From an uncultured archaeon (GTDB lineage: Archaea > Aenigmatarchaeota > Aenigmatarchaeia > QMZP01 > QMZT01), in contig CAYUSU010000001.1 in NCBI GenBank assembly GCA_964447525.1, positions 26,012 through 90,011 on the forward strand: DNA of 64,000 nt. The letters are read 5' to 3'. Under the pieces are notes generated by a model. It was given only the letters and a program-made list of their open reading frames with translations. It was not told the DNA's origin and ran no database searches. Shown in pieces: positions 47,064-56,063 of the stretch (position 1 is the first letter of the stretch; every line of letters starts with the position of its first letter). Position numbers and translations under genes: made by a program.

Positions 47064-48442
47064 ACAAAAGAATTATTGTGTTTTGCTTGTTGATGATATC
47101 CGTGTTCTTAGTGTTGTCCCCTGATTTTACCGGATGGCTGACGACCAGTGGCACGCTTAGAATAGGTTTCTCTGTCGCGCAAAAAACAGATATTTGCATA
47201 ACTATTTTAGAAATTCCGGTATCCGTTCCCAGATACCAGTCAACCAGCATTACCTTCTGGGTCGAGAACTGCGGTAATTCCCCGGCTTCCGGTAATCTGC
47301 ATATATACATAATGAATTCAAACAGCAACACCACATCAGCCCATCTGGTCAGAGAATTCCCGAACATAATCCCGCTAAAATCCGTCATCCTCGTGGAGCA
47401 GTTCATTGCGAGTTTCGGACCCGGTAATTACTGGATTTCTGTCGCCTACGAAATCAACGGAACAATGTATCCCGCTAAAAACCTTACCGAGACATTCAAT
47501 GTCGTCGCTTCTTACTGCATCCCCGGGGAGGTGAAATGTTCCGGAAATGACATAATCAAGTGTTCGATGTATGGTGACACATGGGACTATGTAATGACTT
47601 GCCCCTACGACTGTCTTAACGGGGGATGCGCCTTCCTGTCCGGTGGTGCTCCGCCACCAGTTGTCCAGGGAGAACCACTGACAGACGTTTACGTAGAATA
47701 TTCCCAGAACGTCAGCCTTAATCCCGGTATGGAATTCCCGCTGATCTTCAAGGTGATCAACATAGGTGACACGGATGTTATTGACCTCACACTGAGCCTT
47801 CGTTCCAACGAAATATTTTCGGAACTGGAATCGCAATTGATTTCGGAACTGGAAATCAACGAATCAGTGGTTTTCCTCGGAGAATTGTCTGTACCGGAAA
47901 ATATCGAAGAAGGAATATATTATGTCGATTGGGAACTGACTTCAACAAAATTAAATAAAACTGGAAAAATAATGGTGAACATAACGTACTCTACAATGAA
48001 ATACAAATCAGAAAATCTGATTTCGTATTACGATTATCTTATAGAATATGTCGATGAAGAGATAGCGGACGCAAAAAGGAACGGAAAGAACGTTTCCATT
48101 CCGATGGGTCACAGCAAGGACGCTAAATTCGAACTCGCTGTCGCGAAGGAGATGCACAGGTTGGGACTTTATGAAGAAGCTATCATGCAACTTGATTTAA
48201 CAAGAAAAAAGATAAAGGATATGGTCACTACCTTGGTAAGGGCTAAATTCCTAATGAGAGAAGAGAAACCCACTGAGATAACACCGGAACCGATAATAAT
48301 AGACATCGATACACGACTTATAGCAATAGCCGTGCTTATTGTGGGAATTTCGGTAGTGATTTTCATTGCGTACAAAAAATATCTGAAGAGAAAGATGCTC
48401 CTTAGTCCGGGTAAGTGGGAACCTTCTAAAATAAAATTATAA
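47060..48442 (+). CDS. secreted protein with a C-terminal TM anchor
   Basis: GGTGAGGAG RBS then the ATG at 47060 (MNKRIIVFCLLMISVFLVLS); C-terminal TM plus KKYLKRK. The 5' end overlaps the previous gene. Confidence 0.6.
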   Translation: MNKRIIVFCLLMISVFLVLSPDFTGWLTTSGTLRIGFSVAQKTDICITILEIPVSVPRYQSTSITFWVENCGNSPASGNLHIYIMNSNSNTTSAHLVREFPNIIPLKSVILVEQFIASFGPGNYWISVAYEINGTMYPAKNLTETFNVVASYCIPGEVKCSGNDIIKCSMYGDTWDYVMTCPYDCLNGGCAFLSGGAPPPVVQGEPLTDVYVEYSQNVSLNPGMEFPLIFKVINIGDTDVIDLTLSLRSNEIFSELESQLISELEINESVVFLGELSVPENIEEGIYYVDWELTSTKLNKTGKIMVNITYSTMKYKSENLISYYDYLIEYVDEEIADAKRNGKNVSIPMGHSKDAKFELAVAKEMHRLGLYEEAIMQLDLTRKKIKDMVTTLVRAKFLMREEKPTEITPEPIIIDIDTRLIAIAVLIVGISVVIFIAYKKYLKRKMLLSPGKWEPSKIKL

Positions 48443-48453
48443 AATCAAAAATA

Positions 48454-50841
48454 TCATTCGAGAACTAACGGGCTCGCTTCATGATACGTGTTCATCCTTT
48501 CTTCAATCTCTGAAACTTTCTTTTTTATCGGTCCTAATCTGTGGTTCTTACCCTTTATGTCGTCAAGTTTAATTTTTATTTTTTCTATGTCCGTTGCCAT
48601 ATCCAAAAAATCCTCTGAATCCTGCGATTGCGCTGTTTGGTCACCCCTTGGGTCGTCTTCCAGAATTTCTTTCATGTTTTCTACCCTTTCTTTCATATCT
48701 TTCCCGGATTCCATTATCCTTTCACCCAATAAATTATCTATCTGACTTTTTTCGGTTTTTATCTCTTTTGCTACCCTTTCCAGATCTTCATTGAGAATTT
48801 CAAATCTCTTCTGGTAATCAGTTACCATGTCATTGACGAATTCCTTTACCTTCTCCTTGAAATCCTTAATGTCCCTCGTTTTTTCGTTTATTACTGATCT
48901 GAACTTTTCTTGATCTGCTTTTGTCTGTGTAATGAGATCATTGGATACCTTCAGAAGCTTGTTTTTTATATCATCGCTGAAATTCTTTTGTCTATTTTCC
49001 ATGTCCCGGAATCTTTTTTCGTAAGAATTAATGTTATCTATCGCATTTGCTATTTCACTCATTGTTGATTTCTTTTCGTTTCTAAGGATATTTACTTTAT
49101 CTTCGATGTCATTCTCAGTTTGTGCCCTCAGCCTGAATATATCATCCTTGGTTTCCTTTATCTTCATGTCCATGTCGGAAACCATGTTCTTAAGCTGCTC
49201 GATAACCTCCAATTTCCCTCTGTCGTAATCCTTGCTCCATTTCATCTCTTCGAATTCGCCGATGATGCCAGAAAGTGAATTTTCCATTTCGTTTATCTTT
49301 ATTTGAAGATCGTTTACCGTTCTTCTGTTTATGTTCGGACTCTGTATTTCCAGCTTGCTGATCCTGTCTTCAAGTGTTTTCATAGACGTTGCTATCATCT
49401 TTACATCCTTCCACGCGCCGTCCTTCATCATCTTTTCCTGATTCAATTCCCCTGTAAGACCGGCTACCTTGGAATTGAGGTCGAATACTGCCTGTTTGAT
49501 GTTACTGAAACCTTTGAGCTTACCAAGATCTATATCCTCTTTCAGTTTCATCTTACCAAACTCATTTTTCATGTCAGATATCTGCATTTCCACCTCTGTT
49601 TTGAAATTGCCAAAGTTGTTTACAATCTCCTTTATTACATCTCTTTTCGTGTCCATTTCGTTTATTTTGATTTTCATCCCTTCGACAATACCCTCGAAAT
49701 CATCAATCTTGCCAAGACCCATTTTAAGGTCATCCATTGATCCTTTAACATCCATTATCTCCTGAAGCTTACCTGAAAGGTCAGTTACTTTCCTTTCCAG
49801 ATCAGATACACGTTTCTCATTCCTCGTTTCGGTTTCCTTCATCTTGTTTATGACCCGTTCGATCATTTTCATCAGGTCTTCCTTTGTTTTTTTGGTTTTG
49901 ATCGCGTCTACCCCTTCCTTTAGTTTGAGATCTTCTATCTCTTTTTTCAGATCCCTGATGGAATTTTCGGTGTTCTTGATTTTATCTAGATGATCATTGA
50001 TTTCCCTTTCACCTTCCTTTAGTTTGAATATTCTTTCGTCAAGCTCATTTTTCATCCTGTTAAGAACCTCGCCGGATTTATTGGATCTGAGCCACTCTTC
50101 ATTATCGTTTTTCATCCGTTCTATTCCTACCAGAAGGTTTTTCAGTTCTTCCTTGGTTTTTTCTACATTGTCTTTCCCGCTAACCTTTTTTATTTCCGTG
50201 CTCAGATCAGCAAGCTTTTTTGCAACATCTGATCTGAATTTCATATCCCTCATGCTCTCGGAAGGACGTTTTGAAGCCTTTGCATTTATTTCAATCTTGG
50301 CCATATGCTCAAAAACAGAATTTTTCATCTTCCCTAAACCAGCTATTTCCTTTTCATTTTTTTTGATTGATTTTTCAAGAGAATTTAATCTTGAAATTGA
50401 CATAATGTTCTTTTTGGTGTTCATCTTTTCTTCCATTTTCTTGATGTTTTCCTTCACCGAAAGAACTTCCGTGACCTTCTTTTCAAGATTGTTCTTCACG
50501 TCATCTATTTGGTTTCTGATATCAACCTTGAACTTCTCAAAATCATCAGATTTCCCGGAACCAACCCTTACATCAAGATCATCGATATGTTTTTCAAAAG
50601 AAGCTAATTTTTCTGATATCCCATTGGTTTGGTTTTTCGTGAGATCATTTTCCGTTTTCAGATCTTTTATTTTGTTTCCGACCTCTGCCCTGAACTTCAG
50701 ATCATTCATGCTGTCAGGGGACTTACCGGGGGATTTTTCTAGTTTTTCCTCTAATCTTGATACCCTTCTGGCAGTATCCATTTTAAGGTTTTCCAGTTCA
50801 CTGGTTAATTCCTTCAGCGTCTGAGCTATAGGCTTCATCAA
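48454..50841 (-). CDS. large K/E-rich coiled-coil protein (6th and last gene of the coiled-coil array; 795 aa)
   Basis: Essentially continuous heptad-like K/E/D/L/I/N composition with no enzymatic motifs; translationally coupled to the upstream gene. Confidence 0.65.
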   Translation of the reverse strand: MMKPIAQTLKELTSELENLKMDTARRVSRLEEKLEKSPGKSPDSMNDLKFRAEVGNKIKDLKTENDLTKNQTNGISEKLASFEKHIDDLDVRVGSGKSDDFEKFKVDIRNQIDDVKNNLEKKVTEVLSVKENIKKMEEKMNTKKNIMSISRLNSLEKSIKKNEKEIAGLGKMKNSVFEHMAKIEINAKASKRPSESMRDMKFRSDVAKKLADLSTEIKKVSGKDNVEKTKEELKNLLVGIERMKNDNEEWLRSNKSGEVLNRMKNELDERIFKLKEGEREINDHLDKIKNTENSIRDLKKEIEDLKLKEGVDAIKTKKTKEDLMKMIERVINKMKETETRNEKRVSDLERKVTDLSGKLQEIMDVKGSMDDLKMGLGKIDDFEGIVEGMKIKINEMDTKRDVIKEIVNNFGNFKTEVEMQISDMKNEFGKMKLKEDIDLGKLKGFSNIKQAVFDLNSKVAGLTGELNQEKMMKDGAWKDVKMIATSMKTLEDRISKLEIQSPNINRRTVNDLQIKINEMENSLSGIIGEFEEMKWSKDYDRGKLEVIEQLKNMVSDMDMKIKETKDDIFRLRAQTENDIEDKVNILRNEKKSTMSEIANAIDNINSYEKRFRDMENRQKNFSDDIKNKLLKVSNDLITQTKADQEKFRSVINEKTRDIKDFKEKVKEFVNDMVTDYQKRFEILNEDLERVAKEIKTEKSQIDNLLGERIMESGKDMKERVENMKEILEDDPRGDQTAQSQDSEDFLDMATDIEKIKIKLDDIKGKNHRLGPIKKKVSEIEERMNTYHEASPLVLE

Positions 50842-51574
50842 TATCTCCTATCTTTTCTTTCAGGTCGCTTATTCCCGCCCTGACGGATTCGACCTCTTTC
50901 TTTATCTCATTTTTAAAGTCTTCCAGATCGGTAAAAGCTTCCTTGATCAGTTCATCACCTTCGGGGAATCCTCTTTCATTGATGAATGCCAAACCCTTTT
51001 CCAATGCTTGCATTCTGGCATCGATATTATCTATTTTCTGTGTGTGGCCTTCAAGGAAAGTCAGTCTGGAATCCATTGTGTTTGAGACCCTTGCTATCTC
51101 CTGAACTATCTTACTTTTCTCAAGTTTGAATTCTTTGACCCTTTCCATTACCTGCTTTGATATTATAGAAAGAGATTCAGTTGTGCTTAATTCCGCATTA
51201 TATTTTTGTATCGCTTTTTTTATTTCCGATATTTTATTTCCTATTTCCCTTTGTGATGATCTTAGTTTGTCAAAATTATCAATGGTAGATTTGAGTTCTC
51301 TATTAAAATTGGTTTCGTTCCGTTTTAACGAAGTAATGTCATTCCGCGTGTCAACGAATCTGTCCTCAACCTTATTGAAAGTCTTCCTTACCCTTTCGTC
51401 TATCCTTATGAACTTATCAATGTCAAGACCTTCTTTGTGTTTTCTTAGCGATCTCATCTCTTCCAGAACATCATTAACAATATTCTCAAGTCTCGTTATC
51501 CTCTTGTCTGCAAGTTTCCTCTCTTCCTTCATTGCCTTTATCCCTTCGAGTATTCTCATTCCTATTTCGTTCAT
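50798..51574 (-). CDS. K/E-rich coiled-coil protein (5th of array; 258 aa)
   Basis: The N-terminus MNEIGMRILEGIKAMKEERKLADKRITRLENIVNDVLEEMR is paralogous to that of the 4th gene. Confidence 0.65.
   Translation of the reverse strand: MNEIGMRILEGIKAMKEERKLADKRITRLENIVNDVLEEMRSLRKHKEGLDIDKFIRIDERVRKTFNKVEDRFVDTRNDITSLKRNETNFNRELKSTIDNFDKLRSSQREIGNKISEIKKAIQKYNAELSTTESLSIISKQVMERVKEFKLEKSKIVQEIARVSNTMDSRLTFLEGHTQKIDNIDARMQALEKGLAFINERGFPEGDELIKEAFTDLEDFKNEIKKEVESVRAGISDLKEKIGDIDEAYSSDAEGINQ
51450..51543 (-). repeat. 94-bp perfect direct repeat shared with 51943..52036 (5' ends of two adjacent coiled-coil genes)
   Basis: Compared base by base; encodes the shared KLADKRITRLENIVNDVLEEMR. Confidence 0.8.
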
Positions 51575-52125
51575 TACCTTTCCAACTCCTTAAGGATATC
51601 CTTGAGAACCTTTTCAGCTTCCATTTCCTTTTGTTTTTTTGCTTTGTCTATCTCCGGTTTCATTTTTTTCCTCACTTCTTTTTCCTTTTCAGCGATTCCT
51701 TTCTTCAGCGTTATGACCTTCTTTTTAATTTCCTCAGATTCTTTCCCCTTCTTTGCTATCTTATTTTCCATTTCCTTTCTGATTTCAGTATCCTTGGTCA
51801 CGACCTTCTTCAGTTTGGTTACATTAGCTTTCATCCTCTTTTTTTCTCTGTCTTTTTCTGACATGTCTCTTTCCATTTTTTTCATTCTAACGCTGATTTC
51901 TTTGTAATTATCATCTATTTTTGCCATCTTTTCAGAAATTATTCTCATCTCTTCCAGAACATCATTAACAATATTCTCAAGTCTCGTTATCCTCTTGTCT
52001 GCAAGTTTCCTCTCTTCCTTCATTGCCTTTATCCCTGAGGTTATTTTCATCGCAAGCTCATTCATCAGTTTCCAGCTCCTTGAGTATGTTCTTGAGAATT
52101 TTTTCAGAATCCTTTTCTTCATCAT
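51574..52125 (-). CDS. K/E-rich coiled-coil protein (4th of array; 183 aa)
   Basis: The N-terminus MNELAMKITSGIKAMKEERKLADKRITRLENIVNDVLEEMR shares a 94-bp perfect DNA repeat with the 5th gene. Confidence 0.6.
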   Translation of the reverse strand: MMKKRILKKFSRTYSRSWKLMNELAMKITSGIKAMKEERKLADKRITRLENIVNDVLEEMRIISEKMAKIDDNYKEISVRMKKMERDMSEKDREKKRMKANVTKLKKVVTKDTEIRKEMENKIAKKGKESEEIKKKVITLKKGIAEKEKEVRKKMKPEIDKAKKQKEMEAEKVLKDILKELER

Positions 52126-53674
52126 TTCTTGTTTTTTTAAGTTTCTCTTCCATGTTATCGAGCTTTAGATTGAATGCCATTTCCATGGCCTTTGACCTGT
52201 CACTCATTTTCTTTAGTCCGGAGTTCAGTTCCCTTATTTCATTTTCCAGTACCTTCATGCTCCCAACGTTACCCACCAGTTCCGTTTGCCTGTTTCTCAG
52301 GACCCCTACCACGGAACTGGCTTCATTCACTTTTCCTTCAATCCTTTTCAGTTCCTTGAGCCAGTATTCCCTTTCCTTTAGGAATTGCTGCATCTTGATC
52401 ATTATATCCTTCTCGAATTTTTCTACTTCTGCTTTTTTGTCTGACAGGCCGCTGTTTATTTTTACCGTGTGATCATCCATTCTTCTTTCTACAGCGTTCA
52501 TCTTGCCATTAACGAAATCCTTTGTCATCTCCATTTCATTTTTCAGAGTGTTTATGGTTTGCTCGGTTTCATGCGCTTTTGATATCATATCACTCGTGTC
52601 AGATTCCGTTCTTTTTGCGAATTCATTGACGTAATCCGACATTTGTTCTGCCTTGTTCAATATGTTGGATACCTGTTCTTTGTGCTTCTCCAGCCGGTCC
52701 TTCACCCTGTATTCCAGCGATCCGAAATTCTTTTTATGTTCGATCATGTCCGCCTTTATTTCCTCGATCTTATCGTTGAGATCCTTCTTCTCATCCAGCA
52801 CCCTTTCCAGTTCCACGTAAACCTTTTCTTTTATAACCTTTGTTTCACTTATCAAATTGTCACGTAAATTGAGAAGATCATTTTTAAGATTTTCGTGAGG
52901 GTTATTTGCGCTGTGCAGCTCTTCGTTGAGTCTTTCGATTTTTTTGTCGATAATGAACTGGCTGTTGTATACCTTTGTGAAGGATTTTTTTATCGATTCG
53001 AACGTTTCCTTAAGTTTTTTGTGATCACTTTCGGATTTATTTTCCCTGTTCTTCAATTCCTTTATGTCCAGAGAAATATTTTCCAACTTTCTGGCATTCT
53101 TACCGATTGAAGATAATTCCGATTCAACGGATTCCCTGATCTTTTCAACATCCGCTTCCGTGCTGCCGTCTTCCTTTTTCAGCGCCTCGATCTCGGATGA
53201 GATTTTTTTTATGAATTCGGAATTCTTCCCGATTGAAGATAATTCCGAATTTATCATGCTCTTGATTTTGACGGTGTCGATGTCTTTTTCTTTGTTTTTG
53301 TTTTTCAGCGCTTCGATCTTGGAATAAATATCATTTATCTTATCTGTATTTTCCTTCATTGAAGAGATCCCGGATTCAATCGATCCTTTTAGTTTCATTA
53401 AACCGCTTTCTGATGTCTTGTCTTCCGCCTTAAGCCCCTTCAGTTCAAGTAAAACATCATTTATCAAATCGGATTTTTTCCCAATCGATTTTTCATTTTT
53501 TTTCATTCCCCTGATCTCGATAGAGAGATTATCTATCATTGCAGCCTGTTTTTCGATTTTTACCATCATCTCCTTGGTGAGGCTTTCATAACTATTTTTC
53601 CATTCGTCCCTCTCCTTCTTGAGTTGATCTATTTTTTCCCCAACTAACTGGAATTTGCCGTCCATGCTATTCAC
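52058..53674 (-). CDS. large K/E-rich coiled-coil protein (3rd of array; 538 aa)
   Basis: Coiled-coil composition with repeated SSIGKN...ALK(K/N) modules. Confidence 0.65.
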   Translation of the reverse strand: MNSMDGKFQLVGEKIDQLKKERDEWKNSYESLTKEMMVKIEKQAAMIDNLSIEIRGMKKNEKSIGKKSDLINDVLLELKGLKAEDKTSESGLMKLKGSIESGISSMKENTDKINDIYSKIEALKNKNKEKDIDTVKIKSMINSELSSIGKNSEFIKKISSEIEALKKEDGSTEADVEKIRESVESELSSIGKNARKLENISLDIKELKNRENKSESDHKKLKETFESIKKSFTKVYNSQFIIDKKIERLNEELHSANNPHENLKNDLLNLRDNLISETKVIKEKVYVELERVLDEKKDLNDKIEEIKADMIEHKKNFGSLEYRVKDRLEKHKEQVSNILNKAEQMSDYVNEFAKRTESDTSDMISKAHETEQTINTLKNEMEMTKDFVNGKMNAVERRMDDHTVKINSGLSDKKAEVEKFEKDIMIKMQQFLKEREYWLKELKRIEGKVNEASSVVGVLRNRQTELVGNVGSMKVLENEIRELNSGLKKMSDRSKAMEMAFNLKLDNMEEKLKKTRNDEEKDSEKILKNILKELETDE

Positions 53675-56063
53675 TGAGCTTTTTAAGAAGTTCTTCCATG
53701 CCGGCCTGCTCTTCTTCGGAGACCGACAGTTCCTTGGAAAGTTTTTGCATCTTTACATTAAGATTTTCCATTTTCTGGTCAATACCGTGCTCCATCCTTT
53801 CAATTTTGTTCTCAAAGTTTTTCATTTGGTTATTGAGACCTTTTTCAATCTCTTTCCTTATAGGAGCGAGCATCGCATGTACCTCTTCCACGACGCTGCT
53901 TCTGAGTTTCATGAACTTTTCTATTTCACCATCAAGTATCTTTACCCTGTCATTGACACCGGCTTTCGCCTTTTCTATTTCTTCCATCATCTCTCCGAAT
54001 TCCTCTTTCTGTTTTTCTTCAGATTTCAAAACCCGTTTTTCTATCAAACCTGAAATTTTCCCGAGACCTTTCTTCTCTACATCCAACTCTGATTTTAGTG
54101 TCTTTATTTTGTCATCAAGCTTATCGTCAGATTCACCCATCTTATCGTCGAATTTCCTTTCGAACTTTTCTATCTCAACATCAACTATCTTGTCCGCACT
54201 CTCCATCTTCTTGTCAACGGACGAGAGTTTGGAATCTACCTTGAATACCATCTCACCGACCTTATCGTCAAACTGGTTAATGACAGACTTGACTATGTCA
54301 TTCTTTATTTTCTCACCCTTCTTTTCGAATCTTTCAATCTCCTTCCCTATCTGCTTCAAACTTTCTTCGGCCTGACCTTTCACGACAAGGAATTCCTTCA
54401 CGACCTTGTCCACGTCATTCCTTCTCTCTATCTCACCTTTCTCTATCCTTTTGTCTATCGAGACAGTAAGGCCTGAAAGATTGCCTGCAATCATGTCAAT
54501 CTGCTTCCCGAAGTCATCCATCTTTTCCTCTTCCTCCGTTTTCATTTCATCGAATCTTTCCCTTATGTTGTCCTTTATTCTTCCGAATGCTTCCTGGAGG
54601 TCCTTTCCCTTTACGATCTCCTCCTCCGAGAGTTCTTTCCTGAACCCTTCCAGCATTTTGTTTGTCTTTGTCATATCCTTTTCCACACCGTTTGCTATCA
54701 TTAATACCCTCTTGCCGATGCTCTGCCTGGCCTCTTCGATTTTTTCGGAAAAATCAACTTTCATTTTCTCGAAAGAATCTTCTATGCTTTTATCGGAACT
54801 TGTTTTTCCCCTTTCAATTTCGTTCCTCATTATTTCGATCGTCTTCTTTACACGGTTTTCGAAATCCAGCGAACCTTTCTCGTTCATTTTAAGCCACTTA
54901 TCCACTTCCTTTAGCGTATCGTTAACTATCTCCTTCTTGATTTCTTCTCCCCTTTCCGCGAATCTTTCAATCTCCTTCCCTATCTGCTTCAAACTTTCTT
55001 CGGCCTGACCTTTCACGACAAGGAATTCCTTCACGACCTTGTCCACGTCATCCTTTCTGGCTTTATCGCTTTCATCAATCTTCTTTTCCATTATGCCTGA
55101 AAGGTTTTCAATGACCTTTTTCGTGATGTTCAGGTCTCCCTGAACAGAAAACATTTTTTTGCTGAAATCATCAGCCAGCTCTTTGTTGTTGACTTTCAGT
55201 TCTTTCTCCAGCGCTCTTCTGATTGCGTCAAGGTGCTGGATGTTTTTTTCGTCATGGGCATTCCTCTCCTTCTTGACACCTTCTATCACCTTACCGAATT
55301 CGCCTCCCATATCGGTAATCCTGCCCTCGATCTCTTTTGCTCTCCTTTCGTAGGATGAAGTCATGTCTTTTAGTTTTTCGTCCAGTCCCAACTGGATATT
55401 TGAAATAAGCTTTCCGATGTATCTTTCATTCTTGGTATCCTTTTTCTCCACGTCGCTTTGTATCAGTCCTATGGCTTTACCCACTTCGGTCTTCATCTTG
55501 CTGATATCGTCATTGTTTGATTTTCTCATCTCCTCCAGGAAAGCCTTCATTCCTTTAATACTCTCGGCAAGCCCCCTATGGGTTTCCCCCAGCTTTTTGT
55601 TCACGCTTTCAGAGTCTTCCTTCCCTGACTCTATTGTAACGATCCTTTTCAGGAGTTCATCATCATATTTTGACATTTCTTTGATATTGCTCTCGAACTG
55701 CGCTTGGTTCTTCTCCAAAGTGAAAACCCCGGCCTTTATGGCACCGACCACTTTTTCAAAATCGTCTATCCTCCCCAGACCGTTCATAAGGGCTTTTTGG
55801 TGACCCCTTATCTCCGTTAGGTTGGAATCAAAATTATCAAGTTTGTTTTTGATCGGTTTGATTTGGCTATCAACAAATTCAGTAAGCTTCGTTCCCGCCT
55901 CGCTGTAGGCGTATGTTGCTTCCTTTAATTTTTCTGCAAGTGCCCTGTTCTTCTCGGAGAGCATTCCCTTCTCGTTTTTCAGCGTTTCCAGAAATTGTTT
56001 TTGCTGTTCCTTGTTATTTTTCATTTCCTTTAGTTTCGACTGAATCTCGTTCAGTTCTTTCAT
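53667..56063 (-). CDS. large K/E-rich coiled-coil protein (2nd of array; 798 aa) with an internal duplicated segment
   Basis: DVDKVVKEFLVVKGQAEESLKQIGKEIERF occurs twice, encoded by a 93-bp perfect DNA repeat. Confidence 0.65.
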   Translation of the reverse strand: MKELNEIQSKLKEMKNNKEQQKQFLETLKNEKGMLSEKNRALAEKLKEATYAYSEAGTKLTEFVDSQIKPIKNKLDNFDSNLTEIRGHQKALMNGLGRIDDFEKVVGAIKAGVFTLEKNQAQFESNIKEMSKYDDELLKRIVTIESGKEDSESVNKKLGETHRGLAESIKGMKAFLEEMRKSNNDDISKMKTEVGKAIGLIQSDVEKKDTKNERYIGKLISNIQLGLDEKLKDMTSSYERRAKEIEGRITDMGGEFGKVIEGVKKERNAHDEKNIQHLDAIRRALEKELKVNNKELADDFSKKMFSVQGDLNITKKVIENLSGIMEKKIDESDKARKDDVDKVVKEFLVVKGQAEESLKQIGKEIERFAERGEEIKKEIVNDTLKEVDKWLKMNEKGSLDFENRVKKTIEIMRNEIERGKTSSDKSIEDSFEKMKVDFSEKIEEARQSIGKRVLMIANGVEKDMTKTNKMLEGFRKELSEEEIVKGKDLQEAFGRIKDNIRERFDEMKTEEEEKMDDFGKQIDMIAGNLSGLTVSIDKRIEKGEIERRNDVDKVVKEFLVVKGQAEESLKQIGKEIERFEKKGEKIKNDIVKSVINQFDDKVGEMVFKVDSKLSSVDKKMESADKIVDVEIEKFERKFDDKMGESDDKLDDKIKTLKSELDVEKKGLGKISGLIEKRVLKSEEKQKEEFGEMMEEIEKAKAGVNDRVKILDGEIEKFMKLRSSVVEEVHAMLAPIRKEIEKGLNNQMKNFENKIERMEHGIDQKMENLNVKMQKLSKELSVSEEEQAGMEELLKKLSE
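54326..54418 (-). repeat. 93-bp perfect intragenic direct repeat shared with 54959..55051
   Basis: Encodes the duplicated DVDKVVKEFLVVKGQAEESLKQIGKEIERF. Confidence 0.8.
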
